A stretch of 64,000 nucleotides of DNA from an uncultured Gammaproteobacteria bacterium. GTDB taxonomy: Bacteria; Patescibacteriota; Patescibacteriia; UBA11705; JABHMO01. The notes under the pieces are model-generated. The model worked only from the letters and a program-made list of their open reading frames with translations, was not told the origin of the DNA and ran no database searches. Made by a program: the position numbers and the translations under genes. Positions 1-9,679 of this stretch are shown one piece after another; position 1 is the first letter of the stretch; each line of letters opens with the position of its first letter. The stretch spans positions 366,172 to 430,171 of the forward strand of contig CAZPYM010000001.1 of assembly GCA_964590105.1 (NCBI GenBank), given 5' to 3'.

Positions 1-1375
1 GTTCAAATTCAGAAATTTTTTCCACTCGCACCTGATCCAGCAAACCATTGATAACTGCAAAATTAATTATTACTTGCTTTTCGACTGACACCGGCTGATA
101 CTGCCCTTGTTTCAATATTTCAGTGATTCTTTTTCCTCTTTCCAGCTGTTTTTTTGTTGTTTCATCCAGATCAGACCCAAACTGGGCAAAAGCAGCCAAT
201 TCGCGATATTGCGCCACTTCCAATCGTAATTTTCCGGAAACTTTTTTCATTGCTTTGATCTGCGCTTTTGAACCGACGCGGGAAACAGACAGCCCCACAT
301 TTACCGCAGGCCTAATTCCCTGATAAAACAAATCGCTTTCCAAATATATTTGTCCATCGGTAATAGAAATCACATTGGTCGGGATATAGGCTGAGATATC
401 GCCCGCCTGGGTTTCAATAATAGGCAGGGCGGTAATTGATCCGCCGCCAAAATCTTCATTAAGTTTTGCTGAACGTTCCAATAAACGCGAATGCAAATAA
501 AACACATCGCCAGGAAAAGCTTCGCGTCCTGGCGGACGGCGCAACAAAAGGGATATTTCACGATAAGCAACAGCGTGCTTTGACAAATCATCATAAACAA
601 TCAGTACGTCCTTGCCCTGATCCATAAAATATTCTCCCATGGAACAACCTGCAAAAGGCGCAACAAAACTTAATGCCGTAGGCATAGATGCTCCGGCCAG
701 GACGATAATGGTATGCTCCATGGCGCCTGCCTGCTCGAGAATAGCCACGATTTTGGCAATCTTTGATTCTTTTTGCCCGATTGCCACATAAATACAAATC
801 AGATTCTGCCCCTTTTGATTGATAATCGTATCAAGAGCAATGGCTGTTTTGCCGGTTTGCCGATCGCCAATAATAAGCTCACGCTGGCCGCGACCAATCG
901 GAATCATTGAGTCAATGGCCTTGATCCCAGTTTGCACCGGCTGATGAACTGATTTTCTAGTAATAACTCCAGGCGCTATTTTTTCAATTGGATAAAATTT
1001 ATCTTCCACAATCTTGCCCTTACCGTCCAATTCATTACCCAATGGATCAACCACCCGACCGATCAAGTTTTCTCCCACAGGCACTTGTAATATCCGTCCG
1101 GTGCTTTTGACCACATCGCCTTCTTTTACTTTTACCCAGTCGCCGAGTATCATCACTCCGACAAAATCTTCTTCTAAATTAAGCGCTACGCCAAAAACAT
1201 TATTGCCAAAATCAAGCATTTCCGCAGACATAACCTCTGACAAGCCTATCACTTTGGCAATGCCATCACCGACCTCAATAACGCGGCCGATTTTTTCCAC
1301 TGCCACGTCTTCTTCAAAATTTGCGATTTGCTTTTTTAAAGCTTCAATCACGTAATCTTTTCTAACTTTAGTCAT
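1..1375 (-). CDS. atpA: F0F1 ATP synthase alpha subunit, 3' end runs past the window edge
   Basis: My own minus-strand translation from ATG at 1375 is continuous to position 1 (MTKVRKDY...GDRQTGKT...ITDGQIYLE...). It carries the Walker A motif and alpha-subunit signature. The ORF track misses it only because no stop falls inside the window. Confidence 0.9.
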   Translation of the reverse strand, partial: MTKVRKDYVIEALKKQIANFEEDVAVEKIGRVIEVGDGIAKVIGLSEVMSAEMLDFGNNVFGVALNLEEDFVGVMILGDWVKVKEGDVVKSTGRILQVPVGENLIGRVVDPLGNELDGKGKIVEDKFYPIEKIAPGVITRKSVHQPVQTGIKAIDSMIPIGRGQRELIIGDRQTGKTAIALDTIINQKGQNLICIYVAIGQKESKIAKIVAILEQAGAMEHTIIVLAGASMPTALSFVAPFAGCSMGEYFMDQGKDVLIVYDDLSKHAVAYREISLLLRRPPGREAFPGDVFYLHSRLLERSAKLNEDFGGGSITALPIIETQAGDISAYIPTNVISITDGQIYLESDLFYQGIRPAVNVGLSVSRVGSKAQIKAMKKVSGKLRLEVAQYRELAAFAQFGSDLDETTKKQLERGKRITEILKQGQYQPVSVEKQVIINFAVINGLLDQVRVEKISEFE

Positions 1376-1405
1376 AATTTTATATTGTCTTATTTGTCAT
1401 TTAGT

Positions 1406-1951
1406 TTATTCAATTTCCTCAATTTTTTTCTTCAATCTGGCAATTTTTCCGAACAAGCTGCCTTCAATAACCGTATCTTTGATTTTTAGTCTGAGCCCAC
1501 CCAAAATTTTTTCATTTACCACATTTTTCAGAACCACTTCCCCTTTTAATTTTTCTTTTACCAGCGCCGCTATTTTTTCTTCTTGTTCCGGCGACAGAGG
1601 AATGGCTGATTCCACTATTACTTCTGCCAATTGCCTGTTATTTAAATTTAATTTTTTTGCTTGTAATATAATCTCGCTCAAATAATTTAGTTTCCCAGCG
1701 CGAATAAGCATCAAAATAACATTATAAGTGCGCTGACTGATAAAATCTTTAAAAATATCAACTAACGCAGCAGATTTTTTTTTCAGAGCCACTTGTTTGT
1801 CCAATAAAAAAGTTTTCAAATCCAAATGAAGATTGATTTTCTCATCAACATCAGTCAAATCCGCGATTAATTCATCAAAACACCCGCATTCCTGGCCTAT
1901 TTCAACCAGAGACCCTGCGTAATGTTTTGTTCTGGCAATTTTCATAAACAA
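1406..1951 (-). CDS. atpH: ATP synthase delta (OSCP) subunit
   Basis: The 181-aa ORF sits between atpF and atpA and has an OSCP-like helical N-terminus. Confidence 0.8.
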   Translation of the reverse strand: MFMKIARTKHYAGSLVEIGQECGCFDELIADLTDVDEKINLHLDLKTFLLDKQVALKKKSAALVDIFKDFISQRTYNVILMLIRAGKLNYLSEIILQAKKLNLNNRQLAEVIVESAIPLSPEQEEKIAALVKEKLKGEVVLKNVVNEKILGGLRLKIKDTVIEGSLFGKIARLKKKIEEIE

Positions 1952-2467
1952 TTATTTTGTAAATTCCGCGTTGCGCAAATCATCAATTGTTTCATCTATC
2001 AGTTTCCTGTGAGTTTTTTCATCAATATTCCCGCCGGCAATCCGACCCAAAGCGAGCGCCACCAGGCCGCCAAGTTCATCTTTTACGTCGCGCACCATGA
2101 GCTCCCTTTCGGCGCGAATTTGCCTTTCAGCGTCATGCAATATTTTTTCAGTTTCTTTATTGGACTTTTCCAGTTTTTGCCGCCGCACATCTTCTGCTTC
2201 TTTTTCCGCTTTGTTGATCAGCGCTTGCGCTTCTTTTCTGCCCTTTTTAACTTCCTTTTCTTTGTCCTTCTTGATCTGCTCCATGGCAATTTCAATTTTT
2301 TCCGCATTAGCAATACTTGCTTTTATTTTATCTTCACGCTCTTTCATTATTTTCATCAGCGGCTTCATGGCAAAGAGCCAGAGTACCCCAAGCACAATAG
2401 TAAAATTTACTGCTTGAGCAATTAAAAGTTTCCAATCAATGTAAAATGTTTTAATTAAATCATCCAT
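1952..2467 (-). CDS. atpF: ATP synthase F0 subunit b
   Basis: An N-terminal TM helix is followed by a long charged E/K/A-rich helix, at the expected operon position. Confidence 0.85.
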   Translation of the reverse strand: MDDLIKTFYIDWKLLIAQAVNFTIVLGVLWLFAMKPLMKIMKEREDKIKASIANAEKIEIAMEQIKKDKEKEVKKGRKEAQALINKAEKEAEDVRRQKLEKSNKETEKILHDAERQIRAERELMVRDVKDELGGLVALALGRIAGGNIDEKTHRKLIDETIDDLRNAEFTK

Positions 2468-2581
2468 ATGTATTAGTTAAAAGTTAAAAGTTGAAAGTTA
2501 AAAGCGGAAAACAATTACGGACAAAACTAATTCAAATAACATTCTCTGGCCTGCTCCGGCAAACGGAGCAGAGACAAAATA

Positions 2582-2800
<219 letters not shown>

Positions 2801-2884
2801 TCACACGGCTTTCGAATCGACTGGAAAATTTATTTTTAAAGTCGTTCTTGTCCGTTGATTATATTATATATTAATTAAAATAAC

Positions 2885-3778
2885 TTAATGAGCTTCCTCA
2901 GACATGGCAATGGTAAAATAAACCAAAGCCAGCATGGCAAAAATTAACGCCTGGACAGCGCCGACAATAATTTCCAAAAACATGAATGGGATTGGCAATC
3001 CGAAGGCAAATATTACGGCGATTGAAGACAACAAGACTTCGCCGGCAAAAATATTTCCGAACAAACGAAAAGACAATGATGCCACTTTTGCAACTTCGCC
3101 AATAATTTCCACCAAACCGACAAAAAATTTAATTGGGTTAACAATAATAATACTCGGCTCTTTCCGAATTCTGAAGGGAATCTGCCAGAGCGCTTTTAGA
3201 TTAATAAATTTATTAAAATATTTCCAGCCGCCAACAACCACAATACCCAAAATATTTGCCCCGATAACCGCAATCAATGACAGAGCCAAGGTTGTATTTA
3301 GATCTGCCGTGCCGCCGCGGAAATATGGTACGAACACTGAATGGCCGGAAATATTTTCAATAAAACCGATCGAGCCAATGCCCGGCAAAAGCCCCAGCCA
3401 GTTATTCAACAAAATGAAAACAAAAAACGTAAAAACAATAGGGAAAATTCTAAATGATTTCTTTTTATCATTAGTTACTGAATTACACAAGCTAACGCCA
3501 CCCTCAACAATAAGCTCAAAAATATTCTGGATGCCTTTTGGAATTTTTTTTAATTTAGCCCGCAGCACAATTGAAATCAATGCGATTATCAAAACAACAA
3601 TCCAGGTATTCATGAGCGAATTGGTAATGGGAAAATTTTTGTAATGCCAGATTGCTTCTGCACCAAGCGAAATTTCATGTTCCGCGTGGCCAGTTGGCCC
3701 TGTCGTCAAAGCTGAACCTCTCTCCGGCAAAATACCAGTTCCGGCGCCTTCGATTGTATTTTCACTATTAACCGACAT
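2885..3778 (-). CDS. atpB: ATP synthase F0 subunit a
   Basis: A polytopic membrane protein with the conserved Arg-containing helix (LSFRLFGNIFAGE). Confidence 0.9.
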   Translation of the reverse strand: MSVNSENTIEGAGTGILPERGSALTTGPTGHAEHEISLGAEAIWHYKNFPITNSLMNTWIVVLIIALISIVLRAKLKKIPKGIQNIFELIVEGGVSLCNSVTNDKKKSFRIFPIVFTFFVFILLNNWLGLLPGIGSIGFIENISGHSVFVPYFRGGTADLNTTLALSLIAVIGANILGIVVVGGWKYFNKFINLKALWQIPFRIRKEPSIIIVNPIKFFVGLVEIIGEVAKVASLSFRLFGNIFAGEVLLSSIAVIFAFGLPIPFMFLEIIVGAVQALIFAMLALVYFTIAMSEEAH

Positions 3779-3781
3779 ATT

Positions 3782-4045
3782 TTAAGATTTTTTTTCTTTA
3801 TTCGCCTTGTCAATTTTTTTCATTGCCGCCGCGGTCTGCTTGATCAACCCGAACATTGTAACGGCAAATGCAAGTCCGACGCAAAGCAAAATAAAAAAAG
3901 GCTCACGATCATATCTATCGTCGAGCCAGCGTCCGATAAACAAAGCAAGCAAGATCGGGAAAACAATCCAAGCTGATATCTGGGCGAACAGGGAAATTGC
4001 CGGCTGCCACCACGGTTCAATATGCTTATTTTTCTCTAATGTCAT
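3782..4045 (-). CDS. AtpZ/AtpI-like small membrane protein of the ATP synthase operon
   Basis: The 87-aa two-TM protein lies immediately upstream of atpB in the operon. Confidence 0.55.
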   Translation of the reverse strand: MTLEKNKHIEPWWQPAISLFAQISAWIVFPILLALFIGRWLDDRYDREPFFILLCVGLAFAVTMFGLIKQTAAAMKKIDKANKEKKS

Positions 4046-4144
4046 AGTTTAAAATCACCTTAATACTACCATGAACGCAAAATAATTTCAATCATTTTCT
4101 GTGTATAAGCCACTCCCCCCGAAACATTTTTATTGGCCAATCGA

Positions 4145-4996
4145 TCAAACCAATTGAAAAAGTTTTCTTGCGTTTTTATCCAACTTTTCTACTGCTATGT
4201 CAAATGCAAAGTTCTTCACCTCCGCTATTTTCTTTACCACAAATTCAACAAAAGCCGGCTCATTGCGCTTGCCTCGATTTGGCACCGGGGTCAGATAAGG
4301 ACAATCTGTCTCTGAAACGATTCGATCAAGTGGAACTCCTTCCAAGCTTTGCTCAACCAGGCCGGTCTTATCAAAAGTAATGAGTCCATTGAATCCGATA
4401 TAAAAACCAAGCTCAATAAATTTTTCAACTAATTCCGGACCACCAAGATAACAATGCATCACGCCCCTTTTGTTCGGCATGTTTTTCTGAAGAATTTCCA
4501 GCATTTGAAAATATGCATTAGTCACATTTTGCTTATCGCCACGGCAGTGAATAATCATCGGTAAATCGAGTTCATTGGCCAGATCAATCTGCCGGGTAAA
4601 AACACTTTTTTGCAATTTAATTACTTCCTCTCTATCGTCCCCTACTTCAATATGATAAAAGTCCAGTCCGGTTTCGCCGATCGCCACAATCCGCGAACTG
4701 GATTTTCCCAGCTCTAAATATTTTCCATAATCAAACTCCTCGGCGCGGGAAATAAATTCAACATTTTCGTTTTTATCAACTTCCAGACAGATTCCTTTTT
4801 GCTTCAAATGAATCGGGTGCAGACCGATTGCCGCATAAGAATTGAATTTTTCCGCCATTTTAACGGCCCTCGCGCTGGTCGAGTATTGCGAACCAACATT
4901 AATCATGACGACGCCCTTTTCCAGCGCGCGCGCCATCACCTCGTCTGCATCATCTTTATAAGCATTAAAATTTACGTGAGCGTGAGTATCGAACAT
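4145..4996 (-). CDS. tatD: TatD-family metal-dependent hydrolase/DNase
   Basis: The N-terminus MFDTHAHVNF and overall TIM-barrel TatD pattern are present. Confidence 0.85.
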   Translation of the reverse strand: MFDTHAHVNFNAYKDDADEVMARALEKGVVMINVGSQYSTSARAVKMAEKFNSYAAIGLHPIHLKQKGICLEVDKNENVEFISRAEEFDYGKYLELGKSSSRIVAIGETGLDFYHIEVGDDREEVIKLQKSVFTRQIDLANELDLPMIIHCRGDKQNVTNAYFQMLEILQKNMPNKRGVMHCYLGGPELVEKFIELGFYIGFNGLITFDKTGLVEQSLEGVPLDRIVSETDCPYLTPVPNRGKRNEPAFVEFVVKKIAEVKNFAFDIAVEKLDKNARKLFQLV

Positions 4997-5028
4997 AATA
5001 AATAGTGAGCAGTAAGGATCGCTTAACC

Positions 5029-6546
5029 CTACTTTCTTAAAAATAACGGCTCCCCTTTTTTAACCTTAGTACCGGTCGTAATCTTACCAACTTGAATAGA
5101 TTCTTTATATGAACAATCTGCCTCACCAAGTCGTTTTAAAATTTCAGTGGAAGCTTCAGGCAAAATCGGTTTTACCAGCCAGCCCAAATGCCTTAGGATT
5201 TCTAACAAATTATATATCACCTGATCAAGTTCTTGTTGTTTTCCTTCTTTTGCCAGACTCCATGGTTTTGTTTCGTCAATATAGCCGTCGCACCAACGGA
5301 TCGCTTCCCAAATTTCCTTTAAATTTTCAAATACTTTATATTCCGCAAAACCTTTATCAATTTTTTTCCACAACTTTGCCAAATCTAATTCGGCCTTGAA
5401 TTTTTTATCCGGCACTTTGGACTCGCAATATTTTTCAGCCATGCTCAAAACTCGGCTTACCAAATTACCCAACCCATTGGCGAGATCTGAATTGTATTTA
5501 ATTGGAAATTCTTCAACTTTTACATCGCCATCCTGTCCAAAAATAAATTGAGAAATCACCAGGTAACGGGCGGCATCAGTTCCAAACTGTTCAACCAAAT
5601 CATTTGGATCAATCACATTGCCCAAAGTTTTGCTCATTTTTTTGCCATCAAGCGTGAAGTAGCCGTGCACAAACAAATCTTTTGGCAATGTAATTTCCGC
5701 AGCCAGGAGCATTGCCGGCCAAATAATGCAGTGAAATTTCAAAATATCTTTTGCCAACAAATGAACGTCAGCCGGCCAAAATTTTTTGAACTTTTCACCG
5801 TCTGGGAATCCAAGCGCGGAAATATAATTAATCAGCGCGTCAACCCAGACATAAGTTGTCTGACTTTTATCAAAAGGCAATGGAATCCCCCATTCAACAT
5901 TCGCCCGGCTAAAGGCAACGTCCTCGAGTCCCTGCTTGATAAAACTTAAAACCTCATGCTTTTTATCAGCCGGCAAAATCCTGATTTCGTCTGATTCAAT
6001 TTTTTGTTTCAGAATTTTGGAATAAGCAGACAAACGAAAGTACCAATTTTCTTCTGATAATTTTTGCGGCTCTTTATTGTGATCAGGGCATTTGCCGTCA
6101 ATTAGATCTTCTTCTTTTTTATACGATTCACAACCAACACAGTAGAGCCCTTCATAGATCCCCCTAAATATAACATCTTCGCCCGCTGAAGTTTTCGCTG
6201 ATTTTAATTTGGTTAAAACTTCCCGGACAACCTTTACATGCCGATCCTCTGTCGTGCGAATAAAGTCATCATTACTAATATTCAGTTTATCCCAAGCCGC
6301 CCTGAACTCAGCCGAAACATCATCGCAAAATTGTTGGGGCGATTTGTTTTGCTTTTCAGCCGACTGCGCCACCTTGGCTCCATGCTCGTCAGTCCCAGTC
6401 AAAAACCAAACATTGTCGTTCCCTAATTTAAAACGATAATAACGCGCCAGCACATCAGCGATAATCGTAGTGTAGGCATGCCCAATATGCGGCCGGTCAT
6501 TAACATAATAAATCGGCGTTGTGATATAAAATTTTTTCATAAACAT
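5029..6546 (-). CDS. metG: methionyl-tRNA synthetase
   Basis: The HIGH-like motif (PYYVNDRPHIGHAYT) and KMSKS motif (KMSKTLGNVIDP) are both present. Confidence 0.9.
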   Translation of the reverse strand: MFMKKFYITTPIYYVNDRPHIGHAYTTIIADVLARYYRFKLGNDNVWFLTGTDEHGAKVAQSAEKQNKSPQQFCDDVSAEFRAAWDKLNISNDDFIRTTEDRHVKVVREVLTKLKSAKTSAGEDVIFRGIYEGLYCVGCESYKKEEDLIDGKCPDHNKEPQKLSEENWYFRLSAYSKILKQKIESDEIRILPADKKHEVLSFIKQGLEDVAFSRANVEWGIPLPFDKSQTTYVWVDALINYISALGFPDGEKFKKFWPADVHLLAKDILKFHCIIWPAMLLAAEITLPKDLFVHGYFTLDGKKMSKTLGNVIDPNDLVEQFGTDAARYLVISQFIFGQDGDVKVEEFPIKYNSDLANGLGNLVSRVLSMAEKYCESKVPDKKFKAELDLAKLWKKIDKGFAEYKVFENLKEIWEAIRWCDGYIDETKPWSLAKEGKQQELDQVIYNLLEILRHLGWLVKPILPEASTEILKRLGEADCSYKESIQVGKITTGTKVKKGEPLFLRK

Positions 6547-6567
6547 TATTAGTGAATAAGCGGCTGA

Positions 6568-7215
6568 CTATTTTGCAGAAACAATAACAACGAATTCGCC
6601 CTTGAACATTTTTTTTACTTGTTCAAAAACTTCGCTGATATTTCCTCGATAAATCGTTTCGAATTTTTTAGTAAGTTCCCGACCAACTACAACTTTTCTA
6701 TTCTCGTCAAGATAATCTTTCAATTGCTCCAATGTTTTCAAAATTCGATGCGGCGATTCATAAAAACAAATTGTGACTTTGGAATCTCTGATTGATTCCA
6801 TGATTTTTGTGCGCCCCTTGTGGGGCATGAAGCCCATAAATAAAAACTTGTCCGTTGGCAAGCCGGAAACGCTGAGCGCCGTGGCAATTGCGGACGGGCC
6901 AGGAATCGGCACGACTTCAATTCCCAAATTGACAGCCGCTTCAACCAATTTTCCGCCCGGATCAGAAATACCTGGCGTGCCGGCGTCAGAAACATAGGCA
7001 ATATTTTCAAATTGGGATAACATTGCTTTTATTTTTTCATCAGAAGAATGCTGGTGCAGGCTGATTAATTTTTTTTCAATGCCAAAATGATCAGTCAATT
7101 GTCTGGTATGCCTTGTATCTTCGCAAAGTATAACATCAACGCTTTTGAGTATTTCAAGAGCGCGCAGTGTTATGTCCTGCAAATTACCGATTGGAGTAGC
7201 AACAATATAGAGCAT
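6568..7215 (-). CDS. rsmI: 16S rRNA (cytidine1402-2'-O)-methyltransferase
   Basis: The N-terminus MLYIVATPIGNLQDIT..LCEDTR matches the tetrapyrrole-methylase fold of RsmI. Confidence 0.85.
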   Translation of the reverse strand: MLYIVATPIGNLQDITLRALEILKSVDVILCEDTRHTRQLTDHFGIEKKLISLHQHSSDEKIKAMLSQFENIAYVSDAGTPGISDPGGKLVEAAVNLGIEVVPIPGPSAIATALSVSGLPTDKFLFMGFMPHKGRTKIMESIRDSKVTICFYESPHRILKTLEQLKDYLDENRKVVVGRELTKKFETIYRGNISEVFEQVKKMFKGEFVVIVSAK

Positions 7216-7467
7216 ATGGGAAAAAATAAAAAATTAATAAATTAAAAACAATAAACAATAAACCGTTTTTCGTGATTTCTTGACTTGATTATAGCAAACT
7301 GCCGAATTCTGTCTATATTTAGAAAATTGAATCATCTATTATTTCAATTCATTATGTGTGATAATTTTACGATAAAATTGGCTACAGGACCGGTTAATCG
7401 TGCGTAAAGCCGTTCTGTAACAACACAGGTCGAATATTTTTTTGTAATTTTACACAACCAACACCTA

Positions 7468-7496
7468 TTGACAAACTTATTAATATCTGCTATAAT
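7468..7496 (+). promoter_or_regulatory. consensus sigma70-type promoter (TTGACA-17-TATAAT)
   Basis: TTGACA lies at 7468-7473, followed by a 17-nt spacer and TATAAT at 7491-7496. Both hexamers are perfect. Confidence 0.6.
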
Positions 7497-7502
7497 ACCT
7501 TT

Positions 7503-7960
7503 TCAGTTGATTTTTTCTTTGACCGAAAAGGAGGTGACAGTGCACTGGCCGTAGCGTTTCAAAAACCGATAGACAATGTCAACATTCGCGGGCGAGCCCA
7601 CCACGGCCGGGCGAGTCCAATGAGCGGCGCCAGAGGAGGTGATCGGAGTGCGCTACACTTCCGGTTTTCCCTAGCACAGTGAAAGCGGGTTCGCAAGAGC
7701 CCAAATTCTCCACGATTTTTTACTTCCTGTAATCGTGCAGAAGATGCAAAGAGGCCCCTACCCGGCTACGGCGCGGGAGGACAGGAAGCTCTGCTTCGCC
7801 ATATGAACGGGATTCGGCGAACAGAGTATGAACTCGAACTCGCAACACGGAGGTTCCGGTGTACACATCCGGTTTTGATTAACTACCCGGAATTCATTTT
7901 CCGGGCCCAACTACCCCGCCCCCCCCTACCACGACTGGCAGATCAGGGGGGCTTTTTTTA
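7503..7960 (+). ncRNA. structured ncRNA, candidate RNase P RNA (rnpB-like, possibly reduced)
   Basis: This is a GC-rich, ORF-free stretch inside an AT-rich genome, flanked by a perfect promoter and an intrinsic terminator. It contains a GNRA hairpin GGGUUC-GCAA-GAGCCC (7687-7702). GUGAAAG..GCAAGAGCCC..AAAUUCUCCAC resembles the conserved RNase P A-type string GUGAAAGGGUGCGGUAAGAGCGCACC...AAACUCCACC. The 5' AAAACCG (7562-7568) can pair with the 3' CCGGUUUU (7869-7876), as in P4, with ACACAU preceding the 3' strand. Two AAGGAGGUGA(UC) stretches complementary to the 16S 3' tail lie at 7528-7537 and 7633-7644. Confidence 0.45.
7918..7960 (+). terminator. intrinsic terminator
   Basis: A C8 run pairs with a G6 run (7919-7926 / 7946-7951) and is followed by T8 (7953-7960). 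Confidence 0.7.
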
Positions 7961-7994
7961 TAATAAAGATTACTGATTTATCCACAACAACTCT

Positions 7995-8023
7995 TGCCTT
8001 GATAATTTAAAATTATTATAATA
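7995..8023 (+). promoter_or_regulatory. sigma70-like promoter (TTGCCT-17-TATAAT) with a DnaA box just upstream (7979-7987)
   Basis: TTGCCT at 7995-8000, a 17-nt spacer and TATAAT at 8018-8023. TTATCCACA sits at 7979-7987. Confidence 0.45.
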
Positions 8024-8029
8024 AAAACA

Positions 8030-8325
8030 CGTTCTCAAAATGGAGAAGGACGTAGGGACTCGGACCACGAAACTTAGGAGGGACATGGAAAAATTCGGCT
8101 GATACAATCAGAACGAGTAAACGGGACCGAAAAGTCTCACAACTGCGAAGTATCCTAAAAGGACGGCCATGCCCGTCGCGCAGCACAATCCAAAAGGCAC
8201 CGCGCTAGATCGCGTTCTCACCTCGGAGGGAGGCACTGACAATAATGGGCAAACCAGCCCAAAGTCAACTCCTTAATAGTAAGGTGGCAGAGAACAGATC
8301 AACACAGCCGGTGCATTTTTTTGTA
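8030..8325 (+). ncRNA. second GC-rich ORF-free transcript (unclassified structured RNA or long structured leader of the methyltransferase gene)
   Basis: About 290 nt of elevated G+C with no ORF, local hairpins (for example GACGG-CCAUGC-CCGUC) and a T7 run at 8316-8323. I could not match it to SRP RNA, tmRNA or 6S RNA by eye. Confidence 0.3.
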
Positions 8326-8389
8326 ACAAAATACATCCGCGGCCAATCATCATCTTTTAAAAATTGATTGTTACTGCTACAATCTTATT

Positions 8390-9262
8390 ATGCCATCAAC
8401 GAGAAACAAAACTATTTCGATTACTCCGGATGAATTCAAACGCTTTGATATTTTTTATTTACCAAAAAAAACAAGCCTACCCGACCCCAAACATTTACTT
8501 AATAAAATTTATCTGGGCAACGCGCTCAAAGAAATGAAAAAACTGCCAAGCAACTCCTGTGATCTGATTCTCACTGATCCGCCCTACACTATTCGCAAAA
8601 ACTTTGGCGCCGGCACTGTTGCAGTTCAAAAAAAAGAATTTACTAAATGGTGCAAATGCTGGCTTGAACAATGCGCTCGTTTATTAAAGCCAACAGGTTC
8701 AATTTATATTTGTATTAATTGGGAAGCGTCATCAATAATTGAATCAATCCTACGAAAGCGCTTCATCATCAGAAATAGAATTACCTGGAAGCGCGACAAG
8801 GGACGTGGCGCGAAAAAAAATTGGAAAAACAACATGGAAGACATCTGGTTTGCCACTAAATCCGATAATTATACCTTTAATCTGGATGACGTTAAAGTTG
8901 AGAAATCTGTCATTGCGCCTTATGTTGATGAAAAAGGAAAGCCAAAAGACTGGCAGGAGATTAACGGCAGGAAAGTTCGTTTCACTCACCCTTCCAATAT
9001 CTGGACAGATTTAACCGTTCCCTTCTGGTCAATGCCGGAAAACACTGAACATCCGACGCAAAAACCGGAAAAACTCGTTGAAAGAATTATTCTGGCCAGC
9101 TCCAGCAAAGGCGATCTTGTTTTCGATCCATTTATGGGTTCCGGGACCACTGCTGTTGTAGCCAAAAGACTTAAACGAAACTATTTGGGATTTGAAATTG
9201 AAAAAATGTATTATATTCTCTCGCAAAAAAGATTAAACCAAAAGAAAAAGCAGAACCTGTGA
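8390..9262 (+). CDS. DNA methyltransferase, beta-class N6-adenine/N4-cytosine (DPPY motif)
   Basis: Motif IV (LILTDPPYT) precedes motif I (FDPFMGSGTTAV). No restriction endonuclease gene is adjacent. Confidence 0.85.
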   Translation: MPSTRNKTISITPDEFKRFDIFYLPKKTSLPDPKHLLNKIYLGNALKEMKKLPSNSCDLILTDPPYTIRKNFGAGTVAVQKKEFTKWCKCWLEQCARLLKPTGSIYICINWEASSIIESILRKRFIIRNRITWKRDKGRGAKKNWKNNMEDIWFATKSDNYTFNLDDVKVEKSVIAPYVDEKGKPKDWQEINGRKVRFTHPSNIWTDLTVPFWSMPENTEHPTQKPEKLVERIILASSSKGDLVFDPFMGSGTTAVVAKRLKRNYLGFEIEKMYYILSQKRLNQKKKQNL

Positions 9263-9281
9263 GATCCTGCTTTCTAATAAT

Positions 9282-9527
9282 CTAGAGTTCAAAATAATCC
9301 TCATCGTTCATGATTGCCTTCATTCTTTTCTTCCGCCTGGAAAACTCTTTAAAGATCTGTCCAAATGAAAAAACGCTCTTGATTCCCCCACCAACACAAA
9401 GCACCACAATGAACCGAACCATTTCAATATACAGCGGCAGACAAACGATCCACCACGACCACACAATTATTCCGGCCAGTTTCAAGATCAGCATCAATAC
9501 AAACGCCACGACAAGAGCAGTTCCCAT
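9282..9527 (-). CDS. hypothetical small membrane protein
   Basis: 81 aa with two hydrophobic helices. Confidence 0.4.
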   Translation of the reverse strand: MGTALVVAFVLMLILKLAGIIVWSWWIVCLPLYIEMVRFIVVLCVGGGIKSVFSFGQIFKEFSRRKKRMKAIMNDEDYFEL

Positions 9528-9679
9528 TCGCCCCTCCTATGGTTGATTCTGCGAAGGAAAAATAAGAATAACATATATAAAAACAATTGTCAACCTGCAA
9601 GAAAACCAACCATATAGATTATTTTCCCTTGCCCGATTATAATAAATTTGTTAAACTAAATCGACAGTAATAAATCATT

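Noticed and set aside
370-797. Two short minus-strand ORFs (76 and 68 aa) in the ORF track
   Set aside because: They lie in an alternative frame inside atpA. My own translation of the atpA frame is continuous from 1375 to 1, so they are spurious.
2934-3644. A 236-aa plus-strand ORF
   Set aside because: It is antisense to atpB (a well-supported membrane subunit), has a low-complexity composition, and is an artefact of the AT-rich antisense frame.
7538-7680. Tiny ORFs after the SD-like motifs (a 15-codon ATG ORF at about 7579 and an 8-codon GTG ORF at about 7649)
   Set aside because: They are too short and not evidently conserved. They are reported only as a curiosity within the candidate ncRNA, not as CDS.
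7503-7960. Possibility that the GC-rich region is a 16S rRNA 3' fragment (it has an anti-SD complement and a TGTACAC-like motif)
   Set aside because: It is far too short for a 16S gene. The order of the motifs does not match 16S on either strand. The AAGGAGGTGA stretches are the complement, not the sequence, of the 16S tail.
8739-9014. A 91-aa plus-strand ORF and a 79-aa minus-strand ORF inside the methyltransferase gene
   Set aside because: They are nested in alternative frames of a well-supported CDS.
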